Shown piece by piece: positions 34,835 through 46,645 of a stretch of 64,000 bases of DNA (positions are counted from its first letter, which is position 1; the number at the start of each line of letters is the position of its first letter). The notes beneath the pieces were generated by a model, which searched no databases, had not been told where the DNA came from, and saw only the letters and a list, made by a program, of their open reading frames with translations. The position numbers and the translations under genes are program-made. Source of the DNA: Podarcis erhardii (taxonomy: Eukaryota); assembly GCA_964252035.1 (NCBI GenBank), contig OZ176200.1. One strand, given 5' to 3'.

Positions 34835-35650
34835 GAAGGCGGCGAAGCGCTTCCAAGCCTAACCCACCGCACCACCTCGCCTCTGTTGCCTCAGCTTGGG
34901 CGAAGAAGAAAAAACCACAGGCGCTTTCAGTGATGGGCGCCCGCCTTGCCCACTTTCTTTTATGACTTACGGAGTCATTCTCCGGCGCCTGAGCGAAAGT
35001 AGGAAGCCCTGCAGCGATGCAGACGAGTCAGGAATAAAATGGGGGGAAGGAGGAGGAGGTGGTGGTGGTGGTGGGAAACGAGAGCTGAAAAATCCCTTAC
35101 CCGTTCGCTGCCCCGGTGGAAGGGCGTGGAGCCCAGCCGCATCCCTGTAATCCATTAGGGGTCGCGTTCGGTAGCAATCCGAGTCCCATCCCGATCGGAA
35201 AAGCCAAAGGAGGCAGGCAAGGCAGGCAGGCAGGTAGGGCTGAGAGGAAAGAGAGCTCGCTAGATAAACAAGCTGCCTTGCTGGCAAAGACAAGGGAGCT
35301 CTGCCCCCCCTCCCAGTCCCTCCCCGCCCACCCTAACCCTTCACCGCACTCCGCGTCTCTGCTATGACTGGAAACTGGCAGGGTAGCAGCGGAGGAGGGT
35401 GGGCGTTTGCGTGTGTGCGCGCGCGTGTGTGTGTGCGAGCGCGTGTTGTTTTTAAAACCCTTGGACCGGACTGGATCGGTACTCAAACATCATAGCGAGC
35501 GCAATGTACCTTATCGGAGACAAAGGTTAGAAAAAGAAGGGTTGAGGCTGTGGGAAAGACAGAATGCAAAAAAGCGGGGGGGGGGGAGATTCGCCGGGGA
35601 AATCAGGAAGGGAAAAGGAGGGGGAAGGCCGTGAAAGCCATCAGCGCTCG

Positions 35651-35718
35651 CACATGACCAGGCGCAGCCAATGACGTGCCCAAATAGGTCATAAAAGGTC
35701 TATTACGAGTTGTAAATT
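35651..35718 (-). promoter_or_regulatory. Orphan Hox-type promoter cassette (Cdx/Abd-B sites, CRE, CCAAT, E-box)
   Basis: Minus strand TTTACAACTCGTAATA...TTTTATGACC...ACGTCATTGG-ctgcgcctg-GTCATGTG inside a CpG-rich region, with no Hox ORF downstream. Confidence 0.65.
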
Positions 35719-38278
35719 CTCTTCAAACAAAAAGGAATTTACTGCAATTCCTTGCGGATTTTTTTTTAAAACCCAGGCTGCTACAAACAGTGGGTTTTGT
35801 TTTCCTGGGTTCATTTCTTTCTGCCATCTCTCTCTGCTGTTTGTCTTTACGCGCTACCAAGGCTCACCACCACCACCTTTCTGTTGCCTTGGCCTGTCTC
35901 AGGGAGCAGTAGATCGGTGGGAATCTTCTGAATGATTGACGCAGCCCAGTCCTCAGCCCCCTTAACCCGGAGGCCAAACGCTGCCGAGTAGAGGCCCTGA
36001 TTCGATTCGGAAGCGTTTAGCCCAAACATAGGGGCCTGAACCCACACCCTACCACTTGCCTGTGAGCAACGCAACAGTGCGTAAAAGTCCATTTGCTGCG
36101 GGGGCGGGAGAAAGTCCAGCAGGCGAGGCCCCTTTTGCTAGGTCTACATTATGTCTAGGCCGCTGGGCTTTAGAATTGCACTGCCTCACTCCGACCCCCC
36201 TTGCCCTGCGCTGGGAAGGCTGAAGGGGTTGGGAATGGGGAACATCGCAATGAAACTCAGCTCCTGCAAATCTCGAATCTACTTTACTCCAAAGGCTCGT
36301 CACGTTCCGGAGCTCCCGAAAGCTCCGTTTGGAGTAGCAAATTAAAACCACCCGCTTGCGCGAATTAATGAGCGTCTCTTCCTTGTTGCAGGAAAAAGCC
36401 TCCCCAAAAGCTTTTCCGGCCCTGGCTGCGGATGGAACGTTGACGAGAGACAAAGCCTCCCTTGGCTGCGGATCCATTGATTTGTAACGTTCTAGAACGC
36501 GCTGGGAGTTCTGCGCTCTGGAGGAGTAACCAGGCGTTCTACCGGATCTGCAATGGCAAAAGAATTCGAGACATGGAAGGAAGGGTGGACGAGGGAGACA
36601 AAGCATGCCTCCAGTGTTTAAAACGGCCTCCCCTTTTTGAACTTTAAATCGAAACCGACATAAATACACCCAGGGACGTTTATTCTGGTTCCGTTTTCTT
36701 TCATGCAGCAATTGGGACTGACTGACTGCACACTTAAGGGTACTCACTTAAGGCCCCCCTGGACTCAGTTGCATTATTTGGATGTTCAGTGCGGTTCACT
36801 TTCTTCCGCTGAAGATAAGCTGGAAGTGGTGGGGAAATTTGCCGTTGTCTGTAGTGTGGGATCCAAACTCTGTTCACTTGAATTTTGTTGCTTCCCTCCA
36901 TAACCCAAAGGCCGTCTTTAATAACTGGCGAATTCATCCAATTATTTATGGCCATTTATGTGGGATTAGGGTTTAAGCGCCTTCTGTTGGAAAGCGACGT
37001 TCCGGGCGGCTTGACAGGTTCAGACTCACTTGAGATTTGCTTCCAAGTCAGCTATGTCACTGGGGCCGGTTTGAATATCTAAGATGTGGGTTTCTCGCCT
37101 TGAAGGACCGCATAGCGACTCCGCAAGCTTGATTTCCACCCAATTCCAAAATGGCCGCTTCCTCGTAAATAATCAGGATCGACAAACTCTAGGACAGTGT
37201 TATGTTTGATGGTATTAATTAGATTCGTCATTCATGATGAATTGTGGATGTTAATATATTGATTAAATACATTATAAAGCATACTGCATTGCAATGTGCA
37301 CGTATATACAAATATATTCAGGAGAATGTGCGCAGCAAATATTCGGATTTCCCTCCTCCAGAATCAATTGTCTTCAGACATTTTAATCCAATTTTGGAAT
37401 TAGCGTTGGATAAATATCGGATAATACTTTTTTCTAGTTGAAAGGGATTATGGTTTAAGATGCTCAAAATGACCCCTCCCTCCGCTAGGGCTCAATTGAA
37501 CTAAGGCTTTGCCCTTCGTTGCAAAGGTATTGCTACTTTACCAATAATGTCTGCAAATATTTAACTTGTATATTTACATTTAAAATAAAATCAAATCACC
37601 ATCCCTTCTATATAGGTTTCTGGAAGTTTGCTTGTCTTAGACCCGCATAACCAATCCCAGACTGACCACTGAGACGTTTTGCCGCATTTATGCAAATCAA
37701 TGCACCAAATTGTTTTGCTTCACAGTTTTTGCCGCAGTTCCTCTACGTGAACGGGTTCCCAGCCCACTATGGCGCTTGTAGAGGAATGCGGTGGCCAAGG
37801 AAGGCGTTTCCGGCGGGGAGGGGCTATTTTCTGAATTCGAAAAGAGCCTCGAAAATTATAGGCGCTGAAAGTATATTCTGCTCTCTTCTTAGCTAGCTGA
37901 TTTCACAGCTAAAATAATTAGACCAGAGCGAATGGTAACACAAACATGCACAAAGCAAGCAAAACAAAATGAACAAAATGATCCCTTTCTCACCCTCCGT
38001 GTGTGCGTATGTAGGTGTGTGTATGTCTATAGAGGAATCTTCTAGTTAAGGCTAAATCCTCCGGATTCTGGTTAGATGAGAGCAGACTTTGACCTGGTAT
38101 CTGTTCACTCATTTCGCCTTATTCCACTTCACCCTCTCTTTAAAGATTTAAAGTGAATTTGTTTCGGGGGCTTTGATATGGGCAAACAAGAAACTATTGA
38201 CTGTCTCCAAGACTGATAATAAGAACAATGGGAGAGATTCAGCCACAGGACTTCAACACATTTCAGTTCTACTGGTCT

Positions 38279-38296
38279 CGCGCGCGCGCGCGCGCG

Positions 38297-38337
<41 letters not shown>
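38279..38337. repeat. (CG)13(CA)16 compound microsatellite
   Basis: Direct reading. Confidence 0.95.
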
Positions 38338-38339
<2 letters not shown>

Positions 38340-40597
38340 AAAGAAGTCCTTAGGACTTACAGTGACCTAATTTTGGTTGATAAAAGTGGTCCAGTTAACA
38401 CGCCTTGCAGCGAGAAAAAGGCTCGATTAACTGGTGGACAGGGTACCAAAACGGTGATGGAGGATTGATGCAAATATAATGCCTCTCAGTTTTGAGAACT
38501 CTGTTGTTCTACATGTTACATATAAAAGGAGCTACCAAGAGGTTGCTGATTTCCTGCCCTTTGGGGTCTTTCGGGGTTTCTGTCTACAGTCACCCATCTA
38601 ACAGGATTTGGTCCCGCGGAAAAGCGACAGAACTGGGCTTAGTTGTAACTAACTGAACTCGATTTCTTATCCACTACTAATTTTTGATGAAGTGTGGCTT
38701 CTTCTGCATATATGGGCCACTTCATACACAATTCCTCTTAGGCCTCTGTGTGTGGTTTCTGGGGGCTGCGGGGGGAGGGCTCCCCATACCATTTGAAGGC
38801 CGTTATTTCCAGCGACAGACAATTTGAGGTTTCTTACGTGAGAAGGCTCTACCTTTTAATTATCTGCATGATTTAAGATTGAGAAGCCACCTCTTTGAAA
38901 TTGCCAGGAGAATTCTGGTGGTTTCCTTGCACTTTGATGTGGAGATATGATTACCTGATTCAAGCCAGCGCCCGTGTGAAAGTCCTTAATAAATCCCGTT
39001 GAAGTGAATGGGATTTGATAGCATTAAGGGCAGGCAAGATCACCCAAAAGCCGAGAAATAAAATCACACACACACCCCCTCAGTTTTCTCACCAACTAAG
39101 CGATGTGTGTGTTATTTTATTTTATTTTTTTTACTGGGGAGAAAATGTCGAAAATAAAGCTAATAAAGTTAATGTGTAAAAAAAAATGTGTAAGCCAGTG
39201 GGAATCTCACGCGTTATTCAGAACCTGGGACAGTTTTTTGTTGTTTTGCTATCGCTCCATGAAGTGTTTTCAGTCATCTGCAGGACTTCCATGCTTTGAT
39301 AGTCTTAAATTGCCCGTTTTCTGCTGAATAACACCTACAACAACAAACCTACCACAGACATTGGACAAAATCCATAGAACGCTGGCACGCCTGGACCCCA
39401 CTGGAATCAATGGAGTTCTGATCGCAAGTGTACTGCACACGCGGACCGCAATCCAGCGATGAATTAAGTACTCTTGCACAGGTGCCTTATTTATAGTGCT
39501 TAAGCACTCTGATCTTCATCCTGGGATTATAGGCATTAACAATGCATAGGCCCGTTATATCTTGGGATTCTATGAACTAATGAACCCAAATAGCGGTGTG
39601 TGTGTCCCCCTCGCAAGTTATATCCATCTGCAGCAATTTCAGAGTTGGCTTCTGCAGCGGCGCAGGGCTGAATCCCATCCCTGCCGTTAACTCAGACCTC
39701 GTTCCAATCCCGTTGCAGCCACTAATACCGCTCAGTCTCATCTCCTTTTTACTGTGGGGATAACACGGACCTCCTGCCTTACAGTGCTGTTGCATGTATG
39801 GCACAGACAGCATGTGAAAGCCTACTGCTCAGGGTGATTTTTATTACTCCTGTAAACACTAATTATCGCGACAGCTAAAGTCTGACCAATATGAGGATGA
39901 GAAACTGCACCTCTCCAAATGATGGGAAGAACACGAAGACAGTCACTGCTGCACACACGATTTTTAAAATAATAATAATTCAGCCATAGTGTTAGTAGTA
40001 AGAACGGCAAGTTTTTTTTTATAAATATAGCACAGGCACCTCTGGGAAATCCTTAAAGTTTTAGATGGCCAATTGACAAAATAATGCTACTAATCAAACT
40101 TCCGCTTTACTTCCAACCCAGACTAGAGATATGCAGGGATGTTGCACGAATGACATAGCATAGTGGGGGGGGGGGGTCTTGCTGAATCCAGGTAGCCCGC
40201 CATGCTTTCTTCAGAGAGCGGCCTGAGCAGCTTACATCAAGCAAGGCATGAAGAAATGGAAAGAGGCATCTCGTGCTGTTTATCTAGTAATATGGTAGAC
40301 TACTCCCTTATGACGGGGATGGGTGGGGAAGGTTTCTGCAACACCAGGCTAGGACTTTCCATTAATTTTAAACCTCCTTGCTTTGATGGGTGTCACACTG
40401 TGCTCACTGCAGCTTACTCGCAAGTGTCCATAGGACTGCAGCCTCTGGGACCCAGAGCAGAGAAAGCTGGTTGCCCCCTTAAGCCCCTCACTGAGACCAA
40501 CATTGCTCCATTGCTTCGTATTGAATTTATTTGCGATTAATTTTAAACTGGACTGGGACCGTGCCATATTCGGGATAGAAACATCACGTGCCTTGTA

Positions 40598-40677
40598 GCA
40601 CAATCCTAGGCATGTCTACTCAGAAGTAAGCCCCGTTGGATTGAGTGGGGTTTACTTCCAAGTCTAGGATTGTAGCC
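40598..40677 (-). mobile_element. Copy of the ~90 bp palindromic element, 3' of Hoxd8
   Basis: caatcctaggcatgtctactcagaagtaagccccgttggattgagtggggtttacttccaagtctaggattgtagcc. Confidence 0.72.
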
Positions 40678-41874
40678 TGGACGACCTGATCGGCCTTCTT
40701 CTTCTTCCTGTACTTGGCAATGCAACCACTTCCAAGGGTCAAGCCTAAAGCATACTTCCTTGAAAGAAACCCGGTTGAAAACTGAAACACACACGTCTGT
40801 GGAAGTAATTGGACTGAAAACAACAGGACTCCACTTCATGTGTACAGGGCAGGCGTTTTCCACAGAGAACCGAATAAGCTTCCCATAGCAGATAACTAAA
40901 CGCTCGAATACTTTTCATTTATTTTTTCAGTAGCTACCATAAGGCTAATGCAATTCGGGGAATGCTGCAGCAAATGCGTAATGAAGCTGCGCGTTACAGC
41001 TGTACCCAAATCCTGCCCGCTGAGCGCCGAAGGAAAAACCTTCGTGCAGTCAATGCAGGCAAAAGCGAACGCTGTATCCTTGAACGCCTCGGCCTCCTAG
41101 CTGTTGGACGGTTGGGCTATTCTCTCAGCAAAAGCGCGTAAGTTTGCTTGGAGTAATTTGACCTACGTTTTCTAAGTCCCGCTGCACTTTTGGGCTCCAC
41201 AGAGAGGTGGTTGTTGTCGTTTTTATTAAAAACAAACCAACCAGCCAACAACAGGAACGTAGGAAGAAACCTGACCATGGATATTACAGTGGAATCACTT
41301 TTGTTTTATTTCGATCAATTACCGATCATTCAGTATCAATGTGCCATTGAAATATCTCCTTCTTCTTCCCCCTTTCCCACACCCCCGCAAAAAAAATCAT
41401 TATAATGTCTAAATTAATTTACTTTACAAGAAATAAGTTGGAAGGAAAGTTTTGAGATTACAAGTGCACTTGCTTGATTCGAGCATTTGGGTTGGGTTTT
41501 GGCTTTTCTGTGCTTGGGGACAGGAGAGGAGAGGAAGAAAGGAAGGAAGAAAAAGACCGAGGAGGGGACGCGTACAAAATTGCTATATAGTTTTCGGTAT
41601 CAAATTCCACGTGAAGGGCGAAATGGAGAAAGATGCAGCAGCAGCAGCCAGCTGGGACTCGGCTTAGGGCGTCCCGGGTGCAGTAACAAATAAAATAAAA
41701 CTCTCACCTAAGTACAGAAACATCATAAGGTAGCTTTAAAAAACAAACAGACTGACAAGGTCGGGCCCTTGTGAAAAAGGTGCCTGAATAAGACCCGTGA
41801 AGGCCGGGAGGAGAGGCCGCTGGTGCCCTCGCGCGCCCGCTCTTCCAGGCATTGTCTTTGGCCAAGGAGAACCT

Positions 41875-42176
41875 TCAATTCGTCGGGCCTTCTGCTCCTT
41901 CTTCTAGAAGGTCCTCCTGGACTTCTGTCTTGGCCTCCTCTCCTTCCTTCCCCTCCTGCCTGCCGGCTGGGAACTTGTCTTTGTTGTTCTCCTTTTTCCA
42001 CTTCATCCTCCTGTTCTGAAACCAGATCTTGACCTGCCTCTCCGTGAGTCCGAGGGCATGGGAGACCTCGATCCGCCTTTTCCTGGTCAGGTAGGGGTTA
42101 AAAAGGAACTCCTTCTCCAGCTCGAGAGTCTGGAAGCGGCTGTAGGTCTGTCTCCCTCTCCGCCTACCAGGAGCTG
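41875..42176 (-). CDS. HOXD8: Homeobox protein Hox-D8, coding exon 2 (homeodomain); alternative start at 42173
   Basis: TAG-CAG tandem acceptor, then [70 protein letters not shown]. Stop TGA at 41877-41875. The intron contains an N gap. Confidence 0.97.
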
Positions 42177-42802
42177 CTATTTGAGACGAAACAAAAAAGC
42201 ACAGCGTTTCTTTAAAACGAAACGAAACCCCACAAATAAACTGAAAACAAGTAGGACTCCCCCCACCCCGCGCGCACACGACGCGTGCTTAGAGATCTGG
42301 AGAACATCCTAAACTGGTTTACTGGGAAATAAATCCCACGGGGGTCTTCGTGACGCCCTAGGGAATAAATGTCATCTAACTCCGTGGGATGTGCTTTCTA
42401 CTGCATGACCAGAGGCTGAGGCAAGTCTATTCGATCCAGCTGTATTCCAGCGAACAAATTTAGCGCAGGCACGTTTATCCAGAAATAAATCCCACTGCAC
42501 TCAGCAGGGCTTCCTCTCCAGGGAGGAGGTTGAGGAATCCCCTTTAAATCAAAGTACTCCGAGTTATCTGGTCTAGGGTTGTTTGCCTCGCTTGCGCTTA
42601 ACGCGCCACAGCAGCACCTCCCTGAAAGGAGACTACTTCTAAAGACTGGTCGAATTATTTGTTTGTTTGTTTGTTTCATCCCACTATTCATAACATTTGT
42701 GGCTTAACGGCCTTCAGTCCGTGGTGGGGTTGATTATGGGAGGGGGTGGAGGGAATAGTGGAAAGTGTGCTGGAACCTGGAAGTTATAACAGCACCGCAA
42801 TA

Positions 42803-42949
42803 NNNNNNNNNNNNNNNNNNNNNNNNNNNNNNNNNNNNNNNNNNNNNNNNNNNNNNNNNNNNNNNNNNNNNNNNNNNNNNNNNNNNNNNNNNNNNNNNNN
42901 NNNNNNNNNNNNNNNNNNNNNNNNNNNNNNNNNNNNNNNNNNNNNNNNN
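42803..42949. other. Assembly gap (147 N) in the Hoxd8 intron
   Basis: Run of N. Confidence 0.99.
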
Positions 42950-43133
42950 AGGGATAGATGCTGGGTTGTAATTTGTTTTGGAGAGGAAAGTCTTGAGACT
43001 CACAGAGGGAAAATGGGGCTGCTGTAACAAAGGCAGGAGAGGAAAGTAAGAAAGAGAAGAAAGAAAGGAGGCAGCGACTGGGTTGCCGCGGCGCCAAAGG
43101 CAAAGGGAAGCGGGGGTTTCGCTCGCGTCCAAC

Positions 43134-43734
43134 CTTGTGGTCTCATCCAGGGGAACATTGGAGAAGGAGACGCGCCCTGATTTAAGTGCTCTGGGTCCTC
43201 GCCAATATTAGCACTGGACGATTTACAGTCAGGATACTGGACCAGCTCGGCCTCTTGGTGTGTCGTAAAAATCGGCTGTCTCTGTAAGTTATCGTATCCG
43301 TAAAACTTGGCAGGCTCTCCCGGACAAGGCAGGCCGGCGCAGGGGCCCTGCGGGGCCAGAGGCGGCGGCGGCGGCGGCGGCTGGTGGTGGTGGTGGTAGG
43401 CTGAGGGGCTTCCTCCGGCTAGGTGCCCGTGGTGCCCGTGGTGCTGCTGGTGATGGTAGTATTCCGGGCCGCTGCCGCCCGAGCCAGGCCCAGGTGGGGG
43501 CTGCGGAGGGGGGAAGCCCGAGGTGGCGGCGGCGGCGGCGGCCGCTGCAGCAGCGCTGTTCCCGTAGAGCAGGGCGGCCGCGGCCGCGGCGGGCGCAAAG
43601 TGACAGTCGTAGTAAGCGGGATTGATGGGCTGCTCGCCCCCTCCTCCTCCTGCTGCTCCTGCCGCCGCAGCTGCCGCCGCCGCCGCCGCCGCTTTGTACT
43701 TGGAGTAGAGCGGATTGACGAAGTAGGAGCTCAT
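43134..43734 (-). CDS. HOXD8: Homeobox protein Hox-D8, coding exon 1 (join 43734-43134 + 42176-41875, 300 aa)
   Basis: MSSYFVNPLYSKYK start, followed by YYDCHFAP, GEPAKFYGYDNLQRQPIFTT and MFPWMRPQ. Donor CAAG|GT at 43134/43133, phase 1. Confidence 0.96.
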
Positions 43735-44575
43735 CGGAGGGCGGCGGCAGGGGGGGCGGCGAGCGGAGGCGCCACCACCAGCAGCTGCAAGAGAAGGAGG
43801 AGGAGCAGCAGCAGCAGCTGGGCCAGCCGAAGCCCACGAACCACTGCCTCGCTACTCCTTCCTTACTCCTACTTTACTCAGCCGGCCCGCCGCCGCTGCC
43901 CCTGCCACCACTGCGGACGGCAGCGCTGGTGAGGTCCGGAGCTGGGATCTAACCGCTGCCCGACTGACTGACCTGCCTCACTGCTTTTACTATTTCCTAT
44001 TAGGCACACACAGGCAGCTCCGCCGCCGCCGCCGCCGCAGCCACACACTCACATGGGCCGGAGTTCAGGGCAAGGCAGGAGAGCCTGTTGGCTTCGGTTT
44101 ACACTCACCTCCCGGAGGCAGAAAACGAGCCCCGGGAAATAAATAAATAACAGCGCAGCAGCCCCATGCAGCCATCCATGCAGCCGAAGCTTGCCCCACC
44201 GGCTGTTCAGGCAAGCGGCCTCTTTTTCTCTCTTTCTTTCTTTTTCTTTCTTTCTTTCTTCCTTCCTTCCTCCTTTCCTTTCTCTCCCCACCCCCCACCC
44301 GCTTCAGCCTCCACACCCGCAGCCGTATGCATATTTTCTCGAAAACTCACCAAGCAGAAAGAAAGTAGGAGAGATCAAGGTGAGATAAAGCGCAAGCACG
44401 GGGCTGTTGGATGGAGAGGCCTAGTGGAGTCCAGCTTGGGGTGGAGGGAAGGGAAAAGAGGTGATTTGGCTGGTTTGGTGACAACCCCTGCTGTAAGTTC
44501 TACTTTTATTTTTATTTTTAAACTGAGACTATTTCTAGGCCAAGCCATGAACCATACCCTCCAACATTTCTCCGA

Positions 44576-44844
44576 NNNNNNNNNNNNNNNNNNNNNNNNN
44601 NNNNNNNNNNNNNNNNNNNNNNNNNNNNNNNNNNNNNNNNNNNNNNNNNNNNNNNNNNNNNNNNNNNNNNNNNNNNNNNNNNNNNNNNNNNNNNNNNNNN
44701 NNNNNNNNNNNNNNNNNNNNNNNNNNNNNNNNNNNNNNNNNNNNNNNNNNNNNNNNNNNNNNNNNNNNNNNNNNNNNNNNNNNNNNNNNNNNNNNNNNNN
44801 NNNNNNNNNNNNNNNNNNNNNNNNNNNNNNNNNNNNNNNNNNNN
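44576..44844. other. Assembly gap (269 N) upstream of Hoxd8
   Basis: Run of N. Confidence 0.99.
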
Positions 44845-46571
44845 TGACTGCTACTTTAGGAGGCTTCCAACATACATTATATAAAAGCATAATAAAACGT
44901 TGAACACTGAACAACTTCCCTATGCAGGGCTGTCTTCAGATGTCTTCTAAAAGTTCTATAGTTACCTTACTTCTCTCCTTGGCTGGGGGAGGGGTGGTGT
45001 CGCATAAGCTATCATTAGATCCTTAGAGCCCTGAGACATGAAAACATCATAAAGGAGGACACGTGTCTCTGGACGTGTACAGAGTTTTGACCCAACTTCC
45101 ACACACACCAGAGCTTCCACTTCCGGGATCAAAGGGCATGGCTTTTAGGCAAGCCCTGAGCAGTGGGGCCGCTTCCTCACCCCCATAAACCCATTATCCA
45201 CCGGCATTGGAGGAGTGGGTGTCCTTCCTGCGCTCAAATCCAATGGTATTGGCAAAGTCCAGGCCCAGAAGGTCATAAACCATCAAAGGCTGGAGGGGGC
45301 AAGGGCAGGGGGGGAGGCCCAGGCAAAGGGGGAGATGCTGGGCAGCAAAACTAGGCGAAATCAATGGGTGTTTTGCCATTGATCTCAATGGAATGTGGAT
45401 TTCCATTAGACAAGCAAGTAAATAAGTACAGTAAATATAAGTAAAATAAATGAGGCTGGGAGAAGCGAGCTCAGGCCAGCAGGCCGGTTTCAAACGCGGT
45501 GCCCATTTACCCTTGACCCACTGCGCGCCTGGCTGCAGATCCCGGATTAATTGATACTTAATGGAAGTCATGTCCATGAATATGCTTTCCATCATTTCAC
45601 CCTTGGTGGACGTCATTAGCCAAGCCGAGCCGAGCGAGGGAGAGTGGCGGGTGGATGGCAGTGAGTGAGTGAGCGAGTATGGGGAGCAGTACCGGCGAGC
45701 GCTAGCACAGCTGGCGGGGCCGGAATCCAAAATAAATGAATATTTTCCGAAGTGGAAGGGACGCAGAGAGGGAAGAGGCCGAGGAGGAGGAGGACAGCAG
45801 CAGGATCGCGCAGTAGCCTTTCCCCAACTCCCTGGATAGTACAGGCCGCTGCCCGCATTTAAGCGCCTTCCTTTCCAGAGCGGGAGGTCGAAATTTTGGC
45901 CAAGGCTGGCTCCTCTTTTCTTGGTTTTGGGGAGCCACCCGAGAAGGTCGCGTGGGACTTTCCTGTTTTCCCCTGATGCTTGGGGTGGACCGAGGAGTCT
46001 GGTGAAAGGGACCGGCGTGATTCAGCCTGTTAGATCCGAGGCAGGAATTCGAATACACACGACCTTTCTTTTCGGGGCAGTTTCCCTGTGGTTAGAACCA
46101 AAGCGGCTGAACAGGGGTAGCCCCGTGTGGAATGCAATCGTGTGGACAGATTGCAAGATGCAGTCGCGTTTGCCCTCATTATTTTAGGAAGGGGGAAAGG
46201 GACGGGGCGGAGGCCATTATTATTATTATTATTATTATTAATTAACCACACACTTCTTTATCTCACAAAATAAATGCCATTGCGTTCTGGACTCACTGCA
46301 AAACTAAACTAATAATAAATGATATGGGTGAAATAGTGTACAGAGCCGGACAGAGAAGCGTGAGAAGACAGAGACGACAGTCTGGTGTGAGTTCAATAAA
46401 ATTATTGTGGTTACATGACATGTCTCTTTGTCGTTGTCCTTTCACAAGAAGTTGTCCTTTTTTTTTTTTTCCCCAAATACTAGCATCTATCCCCCGCCCG
46501 CCACGTTTATTCACGTAACCCAGCCGCATAAAATGTACGCTGTGTAGTTTCCATTTTGCGTTTCCCTTTTG

Positions 46572-46645
46572 TAGTTTTATGTTGTGAACCGCCCTGTGAT
46601 CTTCGGGTGAAAGGCGGTATACACATTTTTTAAATAATAATGATT
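46572..46645 (+). mobile_element. L2-like 3' tail fragment upstream of Hoxd8
   Basis: ttttatgttgtgaaccgccctgtgatcttcgggtgaaaggcggtatacacattttttaaataataat. Confidence 0.6.

Larger units (their letters stand above)
34750..36600. other. CpG-rich island in the Hoxd4-Hoxd8 spacer, with no gene
   Basis: Visibly high CpG and GC density around the orphan cassette; not computed, boundaries approximate. Confidence 0.6.

Noticed and set aside
36049-36747. 232-aa minus-strand ORF upstream of the orphan promoter
   Set aside because: No homeobox, hexapeptide or other recognisable motif; consistent with chance in a CpG island.
18000-41400. Search for Hoxd5/6/7 coding remnants (YPWM, WFQNRR, MSSYF)
   Set aside because: None visible in the six-frame track or by eye; a sensitive tblastn/HMM search would be needed to exclude very decayed relics.
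41727-41733. Possible miR-196 site in the Hoxd8 3' UTR (CTACCT on minus)
   Set aside because: Only a 6-mer seed match, and I could not find the extended complementary site described for Hox8 genes.
43289-43932. 169-182 aa alternative-frame and antisense ORFs over Hoxd8 exon 1
   Set aside because: Same GC-rich trinucleotide artefact.
33249-44914. ORFs running through N gaps (33.2, 42.7 and 44.2-44.9 kb)
   Set aside because: Length is inflated by X residues from assembly gaps.
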